A stretch of DNA of 32,220 nt from an uncultured Bifidobacterium sp. (lineage in GTDB: Bacteria; Actinomycetota; Thermoleophilia; Gaiellales; F1-60-MAGs149), in assembly GCA_964588635.1 (NCBI GenBank), contig CAZPQP010000003.1:1-32220 (forward strand). Direction: 5' to 3'. Below the pieces are notes generated by a model. The model was not told where the DNA came from and made no database searches. It saw only the letters and a list, made by a program, of their open reading frames with translations. The translations under genes and the position numbers were made by a program. Positions 1 through 8,334 of this stretch are shown here, in pieces; within the stretch, counting starts at the first letter, position 1, and every line of letters starts with the position of its first letter.

Positions 1-1634
1 ACGCCGAGGCGTTCACGATCGTCGACGTCAACACCGGCCGCTTCGTCGGCAAGGGACGGCTCGAGGACACGATTCTGCACAACAACCTGGAATCCGCCCG
101 CGAGGTCGTCCGGCAGCTGCGGCTGCGCGACCTGGGCGGCATCATCGTCATCGACTTCGTCGATATGGAGTCCAAGACGAACCGCGACCAGGTCATCGCC
201 GCGCTCAAGGAGGAGCTCGCGAAGGACCGCTCGAAGGTCTATCTCGTCTCGATCAGCCCGCTCGGTCTCGTCGAGATGACACGCCAGAACGTCACCGACG
301 GCGTGCGCGAGATCATGACGACGGAGTGCCCGTGCTGTGCGGGCGAGGGCCGCGTCCTCAGCGATGAGACGATCGCGCTCGACAACCTCCGCACGCTCCG
401 CCGCCAGGCGACGCTCTCCGGCTCGGAGGCCTTCCTCGTGGAGGTCAACGCGCAGGTCGCCGCACGCATGATCGGCCCCGGCGGCACGCGCCTCGAGGAG
501 CTGGAGAAGGACACCGGCAAGCACTTCTCGATCGTGGCCCGCGATGACGTGCCGCGCGAGCGCTGCGAGTTCGTCAAGCACGGAAAGATCAGCGAGGTGC
601 TCGAGGACGCCATTCCCGTCGAGATCGGGCAGGAGCTCGAGGTGGCGCTGAGCGAGCCGCACATGTACCAGGCCGCGGACGCCGTGACCGTGATGGAAGG
701 CGGCTACCGCGTGGTCGTCGCCGGCGCCGGTCCGTACCTGGGCGAGACGCACAAGATCAAGATCGAGCGCGTCGGCCGCCTCGAGGCGCACGCCGTGCTG
801 CTCGATGCCGCGCCGATCACGGAGGAGGAGATGATCAAGATGGTCGATCCCCGCTCCGACGTGCATGAGCCGCCGCGGCTCGTCGGCGAGCGCATCGACC
901 TCGAGGGCAAGAAGCGCAAGGGCAAGCGCAGCCGCACGCCGTCGGCCACCATCGACACGCCGACGGGCGACATGACCGCCAGCGTCGGCGAGGAGACCGA
1001 GCCGCTGGACAAGCCGATCGAGCCCGAGGTCGCCGAGGACGCCGTTCTGCTCGATGAGGACGGCAACCCGGTGGTCAAGCCGAAGCGTCCGCGCAGCCGC
1101 CGCAAGACGGCCGCCGAGCGCGCCGCCGAGGCCGACGGCGATGAGTCCGTGGAGGTCGACGCCGAGTCCGATGAGGACGGCGACGAGGATGATGGCGAGG
1201 CGACGGCCGATGGCGCGCCGCGCAAGCGCCGTCGTCGCGGCCGTCGTGGCGGCGCGCGCCGTCGTACCGGCACGGGCGAGGCGGGGGAGTCCTCCGATGG
1301 CGACGGCGGCGGCGACGCGGCCGACGCCGGCGAGGCGGACACCGCCGCCGCCCCGGCCGACGGCGATGCTCCCGCCCGTCCGAAGCGCCGCCGCAGCCGT
1401 GGCGGACGCGGCCGCTCGTCCGGCAGCCGCAGCACCGCAGGTGCCGCTGCCGACGGTGGCGACAGCCCCCAGAGCGACGCCGCTGCGAAGGCCGAGCCCA
1501 AGCCGCGCGCACCGCGGGCGCCGCGGGGCGACAAGCCGGCGGGCGATGCGAAGCCGGCGGCCGAGCCGAAGCCGAAGGCCCCGGCCAAGAAGAAGAAGGG
1601 CCTGCTCGGCAGGATCCTCGGCAAGGACGATTGA
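1..1634 (+). CDS. rne: Ribonuclease E/G family endoribonuclease, 5'-truncated by the window edge, with a long acidic/basic low-complexity C-terminal tail
   Basis: The frame starting at nt 3 is open into the 165..1634 ORF. It reads [12 protein letters not shown]...[28 protein letters not shown], which matches the RNase E catalytic core (E. coli [28 protein letters not shown]). The CPCCAGEG Zn-link motif is present. An Arg/Asp/Ala/Pro-rich tail is typical of actinobacterial RNase E. Confidence 0.9.
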   Translation, partial: [543 protein letters not shown]

Positions 1635-1724
1635 TCAGGTGGCAGGGGAGCGGAGCCTCGTGCCCCGCTTCTCTGCTACGTTCCCGCCCGTTGCCGCACG
1701 TCGCGGCCCGTCTTGAGGTCAACC

Positions 1725-2072
1725 ATGTTCGCAGTCATCGCAGTCGGCGGTAAGCAGTACCGCGTCACCAAGGGCGAGTACCTCGTCGTCGATCGCCTGG
1801 CGGTCGACGAGGGCGGTACGTTCACGCCCGACGTCGTCCTCGCCTCCGACGGCAAGAAGACCGCCGCCACCGCCGACGCCTGCAAGGGCGTCAAGGTCTC
1901 GGCGCGCGTGCGCGAGCACAAGCTCGGCCCCAAGATCAACATCCGCACGTACAGGGCGAAGAAGAGCAGCTCGCGCCGCATGGGCTACCGTTCGCGGCAG
2001 AGCGTGATCGAGATCGAGTCGATCGCCTTCGGCAAGAGCACCCCGGCCAAGGAGGCTGACAATGGCGCATAA
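1725..2072 (+). CDS. rplU: 50S ribosomal protein L21
   Basis: [25 protein letters not shown] is a classic L21 N-terminus. GAGG lies 5 nt upstream of ATG 1725, so the ORF-track start at 1713 is probably too early. The gene sits just upstream of rpmA. Confidence 0.93.
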   Translation: MFAVIAVGGKQYRVTKGEYLVVDRLAVDEGGTFTPDVVLASDGKKTAATADACKGVKVSARVREHKLGPKINIRTYRAKKSSSRRMGYRSRQSVIEIESIAFGKSTPAKEADNGA

Positions 2073-2319
2073 GAAGGGCCTCGGCTCCTCCAAGAACGGC
2101 CGCGACTCCCAGTCCAAGCGGCTCGGCGTGAAGGTCTTCGGCGGACAGACGATCCGCGCCGGCGGCATCATCGTTCGCCAGCGCGGCACGAAGTTCAACC
2201 CGGGTGCCGGCGTCGGCCTCGGCGTGGACCACACGATCTACGCCACGCAGGACGGCATCGTCGAGTTCGGCCAGCGGCGCGGCAAGCGCATCATCTCGGT
2301 CGTCTCGACCGAGGCCTAA
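2062..2319 (+). CDS. rpmA: 50S ribosomal protein L27
   Basis: [29 protein letters not shown] is the canonical L27 N-terminus. It overlaps the rplU 3' end, the usual rplU-rpmA arrangement. Confidence 0.96.
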   Translation: MAHKKGLGSSKNGRDSQSKRLGVKVFGGQTIRAGGIIVRQRGTKFNPGAGVGLGVDHTIYATQDGIVEFGQRRGKRIISVVSTEA

Positions 2320-2333
2320 GCCGGGAGCCGCCC

Positions 2334-3662
2334 GTGTTCTCCGACCGGGCGACGATCTACGTCGCGGCGGGACGCGGTGGCGATGGCGCCGTGGCGTTCC
2401 GGCGCGAGAAGTTCGTGCCGCGGGGCGGCCCGTCCGGCGGTGACGGTGGCAACGGCGGCAGCGTCGTGCTCGTCGCCGACGCCTCGCTGCGTGATCTGAC
2501 GGCCGTTCGGCACCATCCGCACCTCACGGCCGACGACGGCCACGGGGGCGAGGGGTCCAACCGCACGGGCGCCATGGGTGTCGACCTGGTCGTGCCCGTA
2601 CCCGTAGGCACGCAGGTGCTGGACGAGGAGGAGACGCTGATCGTCGATCTCGCCAAGCCCGGTGCCACGGCGATCATCGCGCACGGTGGGCGAGGCGGCT
2701 CGGGCAACCGGCGCTTCCGCACGGCCGTGCGCCAGGCGCCGCGCACGGCGGAGCTCGGGGGCCTCGGCGAGGAGCTCACGCTCACGCTGCAGCTGAAGCT
2801 GCTGGCCGACGCCGCGCTGCTCGGCTTCCCCAACATCGGCAAATCGTCGCTGCTGCGCCGCATCTCGAACGCCAAGCCCAAGGTCGCGGACTACCCGTTC
2901 ACCACCATCGAGCCCGTCCTGGGCGTGGTCGATCTCGCCGTGGACCGGCAGATCACGGTCCTGGACGTGCCGGGCTTGCTCGAGGGGGCGGCCGAGGGGC
3001 ACGGGCTGGGGCTGGACTTCCTCGCCCACCTCGAACGCGCGCGATTGCTGCTGCACGTCGTGGACGCTGGCCTGGACGTGGACGAGGCCGTCGCCGGCTT
3101 CGTGGCGATCCACACCGAGCTCGCGAACTATCAGGAGGCGCTGGCGCTGCGGCCGCGCATCATCGTGCTCAACCGCATCGACCTGATCCCCGAGGAGGAT
3201 CGCGCCGAGCGGATCGGTGCGTTCACCAACGCGCTTACGGCCCTCGGCGACGTCCCGGCGATGCGGAACGTTCTGCGCGCCGACGAGACTGGCGCGTTGG
3301 TTCTGGTTCCCGTCTCGTGCGCCACCGGCGAGGGTGTGCCGGAGCTGCTCAGCACGCTCGCGCGCGTGGTGCCCGAGCCCGAGGCCGAGCCCGAGGTCGA
3401 GGAGCAGCTGGCGCAGTACCTCGTCTACCGCCCGGGTCGCACCGGGGGCTCGCAGGTGCGCGTCCTGCGCGACGAGACGGGCGTGCGCATCGTCGGCACG
3501 CCCATTGAGGACGCGGTCCAGAAGGCGACCGACGACTACGCCCAGCAGCTGCTCTGGGACTACATCGAGGAGCGGCGCCTGCTGCCGCTGATGGTCCGTG
3601 CCGGAGCCAAGAAGGGCATCATCGTGAAGATCGGCGACCGCGAGGTGCCGTTCCGTGTCTAG
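2334..3662 (+). CDS. obg: GTPase Obg/CgtA
   Basis: It has the Gly-rich Obg fold (AGRGGDGAVAFRREKFVPRGGPSGGDGGNGGSV). G1 is GFPNIGKSSLL, G3 is DVPGLLEGA, and G4-like is NRID. A C-terminal OCT-like domain is present. rplU-rpmA-obg synteny is conserved. Confidence 0.94.
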   Translation: MFSDRATIYVAAGRGGDGAVAFRREKFVPRGGPSGGDGGNGGSVVLVADASLRDLTAVRHHPHLTADDGHGGEGSNRTGAMGVDLVVPVPVGTQVLDEEETLIVDLAKPGATAIIAHGGRGGSGNRRFRTAVRQAPRTAELGGLGEELTLTLQLKLLADAALLGFPNIGKSSLLRRISNAKPKVADYPFTTIEPVLGVVDLAVDRQITVLDVPGLLEGAAEGHGLGLDFLAHLERARLLLHVVDAGLDVDEAVAGFVAIHTELANYQEALALRPRIIVLNRIDLIPEEDRAERIGAFTNALTALGDVPAMRNVLRADETGALVLVPVSCATGEGVPELLSTLARVVPEPEAEPEVEEQLAQYLVYRPGRTGGSQVRVLRDETGVRIVGTPIEDAVQKATDDYAQQLLWDYIEERRLLPLMVRAGAKKGIIVKIGDREVPFRV

Positions 3663-4224
3663 CCGGATCGGCGTGCTCGGCTCGATCTGCAACCCGCCGC
3701 ACCGGGGTCACGCCACGCTCGCGCGCTGCGCGGCCGAGCAGCTGGGACTCGAGCGCGTGCTCCTGATCCCCACGGGGACGCCCGCCCACCGGGACGAGCC
3801 CGCGGTGGATGCCCGCACGCGCCTGCGGCTCGCCGAGGCGGCTGCGGCCGACGAGCCGGTGCTGGAGGCCTCCGCGATCGAGGTGGAGCGTCCGGGGCCG
3901 TCGTTCATGGCGGACACGCTGGCCCTCCTCGCGCTGCAGGTCGGCGCGGCAGAGCTTGTGCTGCTGCTCGGGGCCGATCAGTACGCCGCTCTCGACACCT
4001 GGCACGACCCGGCAGGAATCCGCCGCCTGGCATCGCTCGCCGTGGCCCCGCGTGCGGGCTCCGTCCTCGACCTCGATCCCGGGGTGGAGGAGATCGCGAT
4101 GGAGGTGGTCGACATCTCCAGCACCGAGATCCGTCGCCGCGTCGCCGCGGGGCAGTCGATCGACGGGCTCGTCTCGCCCGGCGTCGAGGCCCTGATCGCC
4201 GAGCTCGGCCTCTACCGCGCGTGA
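3655..4224 (+). CDS. nadD: Nicotinate-nucleotide adenylyltransferase
   Basis: It has the IGVLGSICNPPHRGH nucleotidyltransferase (H/T)xGH motif and a C-terminal ISSTEIR motif. The GTG start overlaps the obg stop by 8 nt. Confidence 0.88.
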   Translation: MSSRIGVLGSICNPPHRGHATLARCAAEQLGLERVLLIPTGTPAHRDEPAVDARTRLRLAEAAAADEPVLEASAIEVERPGPSFMADTLALLALQVGAAELVLLLGADQYAALDTWHDPAGIRRLASLAVAPRAGSVLDLDPGVEEIAMEVVDISSTEIRRRVAAGQSIDGLVSPGVEALIAELGLYRA

Positions 4225-4655
4225 ACAAGCGGTTGCGGGGAACGCCGCGGGTGATACCCTCACGGCATGACGTGCATCGAGGACATCCGCTGAGCGACAG
4301 CGCGCAGCTCGCCGAGCTGGCCGCCGAGTACGGCGCCGAGAAGCTCGCGACGGACATCGTCCTGCTCGACATGCGAGGGGTCGTCGACTACACCGACTTC
4401 TTCGTGGTCATGAGCGGGCGCAACACCCGCCAGGTGCAGGCGATCGCGGAGGAGGTGGCCTTCAAGCTGAAGAAGGAGCACGGCCTCCTGCCCGTCCGGA
4501 CCGAGGGCATGAAGGAGGGGCAGTGGGTGCTGATCGACTTCGTGGATATCGTCGTCCACGTCTTCGATCCCGAGGCCCGCGAGCTGTACCGCCTCGACGA
4601 GCTGTGGGGTCAGGTGCCCCATCGCGACGTCGAGGAGGCACCGGCCGAGGCGTAG
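4221..4655 (+). CDS. rsfS: Ribosome silencing factor RsfS (iojap family)
   Basis: AEKLATDIVLLDMRGVVDYTDFFVVMSGRNTRQVQAIAEEV...WVLIDFVDIVVHVF is typical of RsfS. A GTGA overlap with the nadD stop suggests start 4221. An alternative in-frame GTG at 4272 cannot be excluded. Confidence 0.85.
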   Translation: MNKRLRGTPRVIPSRHDVHRGHPLSDSAQLAELAAEYGAEKLATDIVLLDMRGVVDYTDFFVVMSGRNTRQVQAIAEEVAFKLKKEHGLLPVRTEGMKEGQWVLIDFVDIVVHVFDPEARELYRLDELWGQVPHRDVEEAPAEA

Positions 4656-4696
4656 CGGCGGCCTCGCCGTCGGTCGTTGCTATTCTGCGGTTCCCC

Positions 4697-4769
4697 GGGG
4701 CCATAGCTCAGCTGGGAGAGCGTCTGGCTGGCAGCCAGAAGGTCAGCGGTTCGATCCCGCTTGGCTCCA
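4697..4769 (+). tRNA. tRNA-Ala (anticodon GGC)
   Basis: A cloverleaf was read by eye. Acceptor GGGGCCA pairs with TGGCTCC, including the G3:U70 alanine identity pair. The anticodon loop is CTGGCAG, the T arm contains GGTTCGATCC, the discriminator is A, and CCA is not encoded. Confidence 0.88.
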
Positions 4770-4803
4770 CTCGGTCGACCGTGACGGCGCCGGGCGCGCC
4801 GGC

Positions 4804-5109
4804 TCACGCGTAGCGATCGCCGCGCATCACCTCGACGGTGGTGGTCCAGGCGATCGTCGCGTAGTGCGGGAAGTACGCCTCGGCGAGACGCTGCATGATC
4901 GCCTCCGCCACGTCAGCGGAGCAGAGCACCTCGATGCGGACGTTGCCGCCCTCCAGATCGCCGACGCGGCGATCACGCGGACCGGCACCGCGGGCCACCG
5001 ACAGCGTCCAGCCCGTGGCGCCGGCGGTGCGGAGATCGCGCAGCAGGCGATCCTCCAGGATCGCCTCCGACACGATCGTCACCAGGTGGACGCTGCTGCG
5101 TGCGCTCAT
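4804..5109 (-). CDS. sbtB: PII-like signalling protein, SbtB-like (101 aa)
   Basis: MSARSSVHLVTIVSEAILEDRLLRDLRTAGATGWTLSVARGAGPR...NVRIEVLCSADVAEAIMQRLAEAYFPHYATIAW parallels cyanobacterial SbtB ([28 protein letters not shown]...IKFEILTE..AEEIADRVAVKYF, recalled from memory). An ATGA overlap (5106..5109) links it to the upstream SbtA-like gene. The longer 262-aa ORF-track version is an artefactual extension. Confidence 0.75.
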   Translation of the reverse strand: MSARSSVHLVTIVSEAILEDRLLRDLRTAGATGWTLSVARGAGPRDRRVGDLEGGNVRIEVLCSADVAEAIMQRLAEAYFPHYATIAWTTTVEVMRGDRYA

Positions 5110-6095
5110 CCGATCACCACCTCCGCGATCGCCAGATACAGGGGGATGCCGATCACGAGATTGAACGGGAACGTCATACCCAGACTCGCGGTCAGGTAGA
5201 GGCCGGGATTGGCCTCGGGCAGGGCAAGGCGCACCGCGGCCGGCGCGGCGATATACGACGCGCTCGCCGAGAGCACGCCGAGCACCGTCGCCGTGCCGAC
5301 GGAGAGCCCCAAGGCGCCGCCGAAGCCCACGCCGAGCGCGCCCATCGCGATGGGGAACGCGATCGCGAAGATCGGCAGCCCCGGCCCGGCGGTGCGCAGG
5401 TCCCCGATGCGGCGCCCGGCCAGCGTGCCGAGCTCGATCAGGAACAGGGTGAGAACCCCGACGAACAGCGCACCGAAGAAGGGCTCGATACGGGTATAGC
5501 CGGCGGGTCCCGTCAGCGCACCGAGGACGAGTCCGCCGAGCAGCAGGAGCACGGACTTGCCGGCGAGGATCTCGCGCAGCGAAGCTCCCCACGAGACCGT
5601 GCGTCCAGCGCCACGGCCGGCGAGGAGCAGTCCGACGACGATGCCGGGCACCTCCATCACGGCCAGCAGCGTCGTGACGTAGCCGTCGAAGGCGACCGCA
5701 GAGGCCTCGAGGAAGACAAGCGCCGCGGTGAAGGTCACCAGCGACGTCGAGCCGTAATGCGCGGCAATCGCGCCGCGGTCGAGCGGGCCCAGCTGCGTGA
5801 GCAATCGCAGCGCGAGAAAGGCGAGAAGGGGGATCAGCAGCCCCAGCACCACTGCCGCGACGACGGGGACGACCACCTCGTGCAGGCCTGCTTCGCGGAG
5901 GGCCACGCCGCCCTTGATGCCGATCGCCAGCAGGAGGTACATCGAGAGGAACTGGTAGACGGCATCGGGCAGGCGCAGATCGCCGCCCACGGCGACGGCG
6001 AGCAGGCCGAGCGCGAATCCGAGCACGGGCGGCGACATGAGATTGTCGAGCGCGAGACTCAGCGTGTCCGTGGTCACGGCCTCAGTATGGCGCAC
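5106..6095 (-). CDS. sbtA: SbtA-family (Sbt_1) putative sodium-dependent bicarbonate transporter, short-loop form
   Basis: It is a polytopic membrane protein. LMSPPVLGFALGLLAVAVGG..., AHYGSTSLVTFTAAL and SASASYIAAPAAVRLALPEANPGLY parallel Synechocystis SbtA segments (GGLFGAVSGSTMAAAL, ASSSDISGPPTLRAGIPSANPSAY, recalled from memory). It is paired with a PII-like gene. The start is uncertain: GTG 6095 or internal starts. Confidence 0.78.
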   Translation of the reverse strand: MRHTEAVTTDTLSLALDNLMSPPVLGFALGLLAVAVGGDLRLPDAVYQFLSMYLLLAIGIKGGVALREAGLHEVVVPVVAAVVLGLLIPLLAFLALRLLTQLGPLDRGAIAAHYGSTSLVTFTAALVFLEASAVAFDGYVTTLLAVMEVPGIVVGLLLAGRGAGRTVSWGASLREILAGKSVLLLLGGLVLGALTGPAGYTRIEPFFGALFVGVLTLFLIELGTLAGRRIGDLRTAGPGLPIFAIAFPIAMGALGVGFGGALGLSVGTATVLGVLSASASYIAAPAAVRLALPEANPGLYLTASLGMTFPFNLVIGIPLYLAIAEVVIG

Positions 6096-6125
6096 GCCCC
6101 CGGGGCCGAGACCCGGCCCGGGTAA

Positions 6126-7529
6126 TCAGCGTCGCCTGCGCAGCGGGCGGCGCGTCTTGCGCTGCTTCGACCGCGGCGGCCGCGTCGGCGCCGGCGCGGC
6201 GACGGGCGGAGCGGGGCTCGGCGGCGCCGGGACGGCGGGCGTGGCCGGGGCTGGTGCCCGCAGGTCGGCGGCCGGGTTCGGCTGCGTGACGCGTGGCGGC
6301 GCGGCGCCGAGCAGCGTCTCGCCCACGTAGCCGGTCGTGGTCGTACCCGGTGGGATCGCGAAGATCGCCGAGGCCGTGTGGGTGATGTACTCGTTGAGCG
6401 CATCGTTCGCGGCCAGCCGGGTCTGCATCGTGATGAACTGCCGACGCGGATCGCGCTGGTACGCGATGAAGGCGAGACCGGCGTCGAAGGACCCGTCGGC
6501 GGCCAGGCCATCGTGGAACGAGTAGCCGCGGCGCAGGATGCGCTCGTTCTCGCTCTCGGTGCCCGTGCGGGGGTTCGCCACGCGCACATGCGATGTGAGC
6601 GGTGTCAGCTCGTTGCGCACCGGATCCGTCTCTCGCGTACCGCCGAAGGGCGCCCCGCTGGCGCGACGCCGTCCCATCACGTCCTCCTGCTCGGAGAGGA
6701 CGCTCTCGTCCCACGTCTTCATGATCATCACGACGCGGCGGTACACCTGATAGGTGCCGCCGGCCAGCCACACTGGACCGTCGGCGGGATCCACCCAGAC
6801 GTTGCGGGCCATCCGCGTCGCGTCCGTCGGGTCGAGGTTGGCCGTGCCGTCCTTGAAGCCGAACAGGTTGCGGCCGGAGCCATCCGCGGGATTCGCCGGC
6901 GGCTCGTTGAACCCGGCCTGTGTCCACCGGACAACGGCGCGACCGGCTGCCAGACGCGCCAGCGTGCGCAGCCCGTGCTCGGCGACGAGGCGGGTGCCCG
7001 CGCAGCACTGCACCGACAGGTCGCCGCCCGAGCGGGCGGGCACCAGCGCGTCACCGGCGAAGGCGGGCAGGTCCACAAGCGCGGCGGGGCGCTGGGGCGC
7101 CAGGCCGAAACGGTCGTCGAACAGCGAGGGGCCGAACCCGATCGTTATCGTCAGCTGGTCGGCGCGCTGGCTGAGGGCCTCGCCGGTGTCTGCCGGCGCC
7201 TCGTCGGGCCGCGCCGCGTCCGGCAGCGGCTGCCCGCGGGTCAGCAGCGTGATCGCCGCCTGCCATTCCTGCAGGAGCTCGATCAGCTGCGCGCGCGTGG
7301 TGCCGGCGACGAGGTCGAAGGCCGCGAGCTGCAGATGCTCCGGTGCGGGCGTGGTGATGCCAGCCTGGTGGATCCCGAACGGATCGACGGCGGCGTGGGG
7401 ATCGCAGGCCGGATCGACTGCAGCGGCGGCCCTGTCGATCAGGCCGGCGGGCTGGGCGAGCAGCGCGGCGGCACCGCCGGTGACGGCGGTGGCGATCAGG
7501 TTGCGACGGGTGATGTGCGGGATGTCCAT
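6126..7529 (-). CDS. Tat-exported Dyp-type peroxidase (EfeB-like) with a Pro/Ala-rich and polybasic C-terminal extension
   Basis: A twin-arginine signal (MDIPHITRRNLIATAVTGGAAALLA) is present. The Dyp GXXDG motif appears as GFKDGTANL. DPFGIHQAGITTP, HVRVANP and FIAYQRDPRRQF are typical of the EfeB/YcdB class. A GGAG SD lies 6 nt before the ATG. Confidence 0.85.
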   Translation of the reverse strand: MDIPHITRRNLIATAVTGGAAALLAQPAGLIDRAAAAVDPACDPHAAVDPFGIHQAGITTPAPEHLQLAAFDLVAGTTRAQLIELLQEWQAAITLLTRGQPLPDAARPDEAPADTGEALSQRADQLTITIGFGPSLFDDRFGLAPQRPAALVDLPAFAGDALVPARSGGDLSVQCCAGTRLVAEHGLRTLARLAAGRAVVRWTQAGFNEPPANPADGSGRNLFGFKDGTANLDPTDATRMARNVWVDPADGPVWLAGGTYQVYRRVVMIMKTWDESVLSEQEDVMGRRRASGAPFGGTRETDPVRNELTPLTSHVRVANPRTGTESENERILRRGYSFHDGLAADGSFDAGLAFIAYQRDPRRQFITMQTRLAANDALNEYITHTASAIFAIPPGTTTTGYVGETLLGAAPPRVTQPNPAADLRAPAPATPAVPAPPSPAPPVAAPAPTRPPRSKQRKTRRPLRRRR

Positions 7530-7547
7530 GGACGACTCCAGGTGGAT

Positions 7548-7577
7548 TGACTACACCGGAGACGGCCAGGCACCCAA
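7548..7577 (-). promoter_or_regulatory. Candidate sigma-70-type promoter for the Dyp peroxidase gene
   Basis: On the minus strand it reads TTGGGT (7577..7572), an 18-nt spacer, then TAGTCA (7553..7548). GGAG (7540..7537) and ATG 7529 follow. This is pattern matching only. Confidence 0.3.
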
Positions 7578-7590
7578 AATCTCACGAGGG

Positions 7591-7613
7591 CTTCCTGAGG
7601 GATTCTCAGGAAG
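7591..7613 (-). terminator. Hairpin after the ABC operon (9-bp perfect stem, 5-nt loop)
   Basis: CTTCCTGAG-nnnnn-CTCAGGAAG lies immediately downstream of the permease stop (7621). On the minus-strand transcript a TTTT run follows 11 nt after the stem, which is not an ideal U-tract. Confidence 0.4.
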
Positions 7614-7620
7614 CGAGCGG

Positions 7621-8334
7621 TCAGGGCAGGTCCATGCGTCCGAGTCGCCAGCCGGCGACGAGCACAGCGGCGATCGTCGTGAGCACGAGGACGATCGCAC
7701 CGCTCGGCGCCGACAACGTGGGGACGAGCCCGGACTCGAGACCGTACAGGCCGCCATCGGTGATCGCACGGCCCCAGGCGGTCAGGCTGAAGCGCTCCGC
7801 GGAGGGCGCGACCGTGGCGATCGAGCCCTCCCAGATCAGGATGTAGATGATGCCGGCGATCAGGGCGCGGCGCAGCAGCAGTCCGACGGCGATGAAGACG
7901 GCCGCGTAGGCGGTGGCGATCAGCACCGTTCCCGCGAGGGCCCGGGCGATGTTGTCGCCGCCGACCCCGAGGTGGATGCCGAGGTACGTCACGGCCACGA
8001 GCGCCGGGGACAGCAGCACGATCGCGCAGACCGCCGCGGCGAGCGTCTTCTCGGCGACGATGCGCAGCCGCGACAGGCGGGCGGTGGCGAGGTACACGAT
8101 GGTGCCGCCTTCGCGCTCGTCGCCGATCGCGGTGACGGCCAGCACGAGTGCCACGAGCGGCGCCACGGTCGAGACGAGCAGGCGGCCCACGATGATCGCC
8201 TGCGTGTCCGGCGTCACGTCGCCGCGCAGCACGGAGAGGAGGACGAAGAACGGCACGGCGCCGACGGGGAGCAGGAGCGCGAGCGACCGTCGGCGCAGCA
8301 GCAGCGCGCGGATCGTGATCACGGTGACGGTCAT
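7621..8334 (-). CDS. ABC-2 type transporter permease (second pair)
   Basis: It is a 237-aa hydrophobic multi-span protein. A 4-nt overlap links it to the upstream ATPase stop. The style is that of an ABC-2/NosY-like permease. The substrate cannot be inferred. Confidence 0.7.
   Translation of the reverse strand: MTVTVITIRALLLRRRSLALLLPVGAVPFFVLLSVLRGDVTPDTQAIIVGRLLVSTVAPLVALVLAVTAIGDEREGGTIVYLATARLSRLRIVAEKTLAAAVCAIVLLSPALVAVTYLGIHLGVGGDNIARALAGTVLIATAYAAVFIAVGLLLRRALIAGIIYILIWEGSIATVAPSAERFSLTAWGRAITDGGLYGLESGLVPTLSAPSGAIVLVLTTIAAVLVAGWRLGRMDLP

Noticed and set aside
1635-1724. A structured ribosomal-protein leader upstream of rplU.
   Set aside because: Only a weak hairpin with G-U pairs could be drawn, and I could identify no conserved motif. 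This is insufficient evidence.
4697-4803. tRNA-Ala as the attachment site of a recently integrated genomic island.
   Set aside because: I could not find an integrase, recombinase or transposase, or a direct repeat of the tRNA 3' end at the other border (11854..12104). Codon third-position bias in the block looks the same as in the flanks. I kept it only as a possible ancient insertion.
6126-6320. The Dyp C-terminal tail as an encapsulin cargo-loading peptide.
   Set aside because: There is no GSL/LxIGSLK-type targeting motif and no encapsulin shell gene downstream. The protein also carries a Tat export signal, which is incompatible with cytoplasmic encapsulation.
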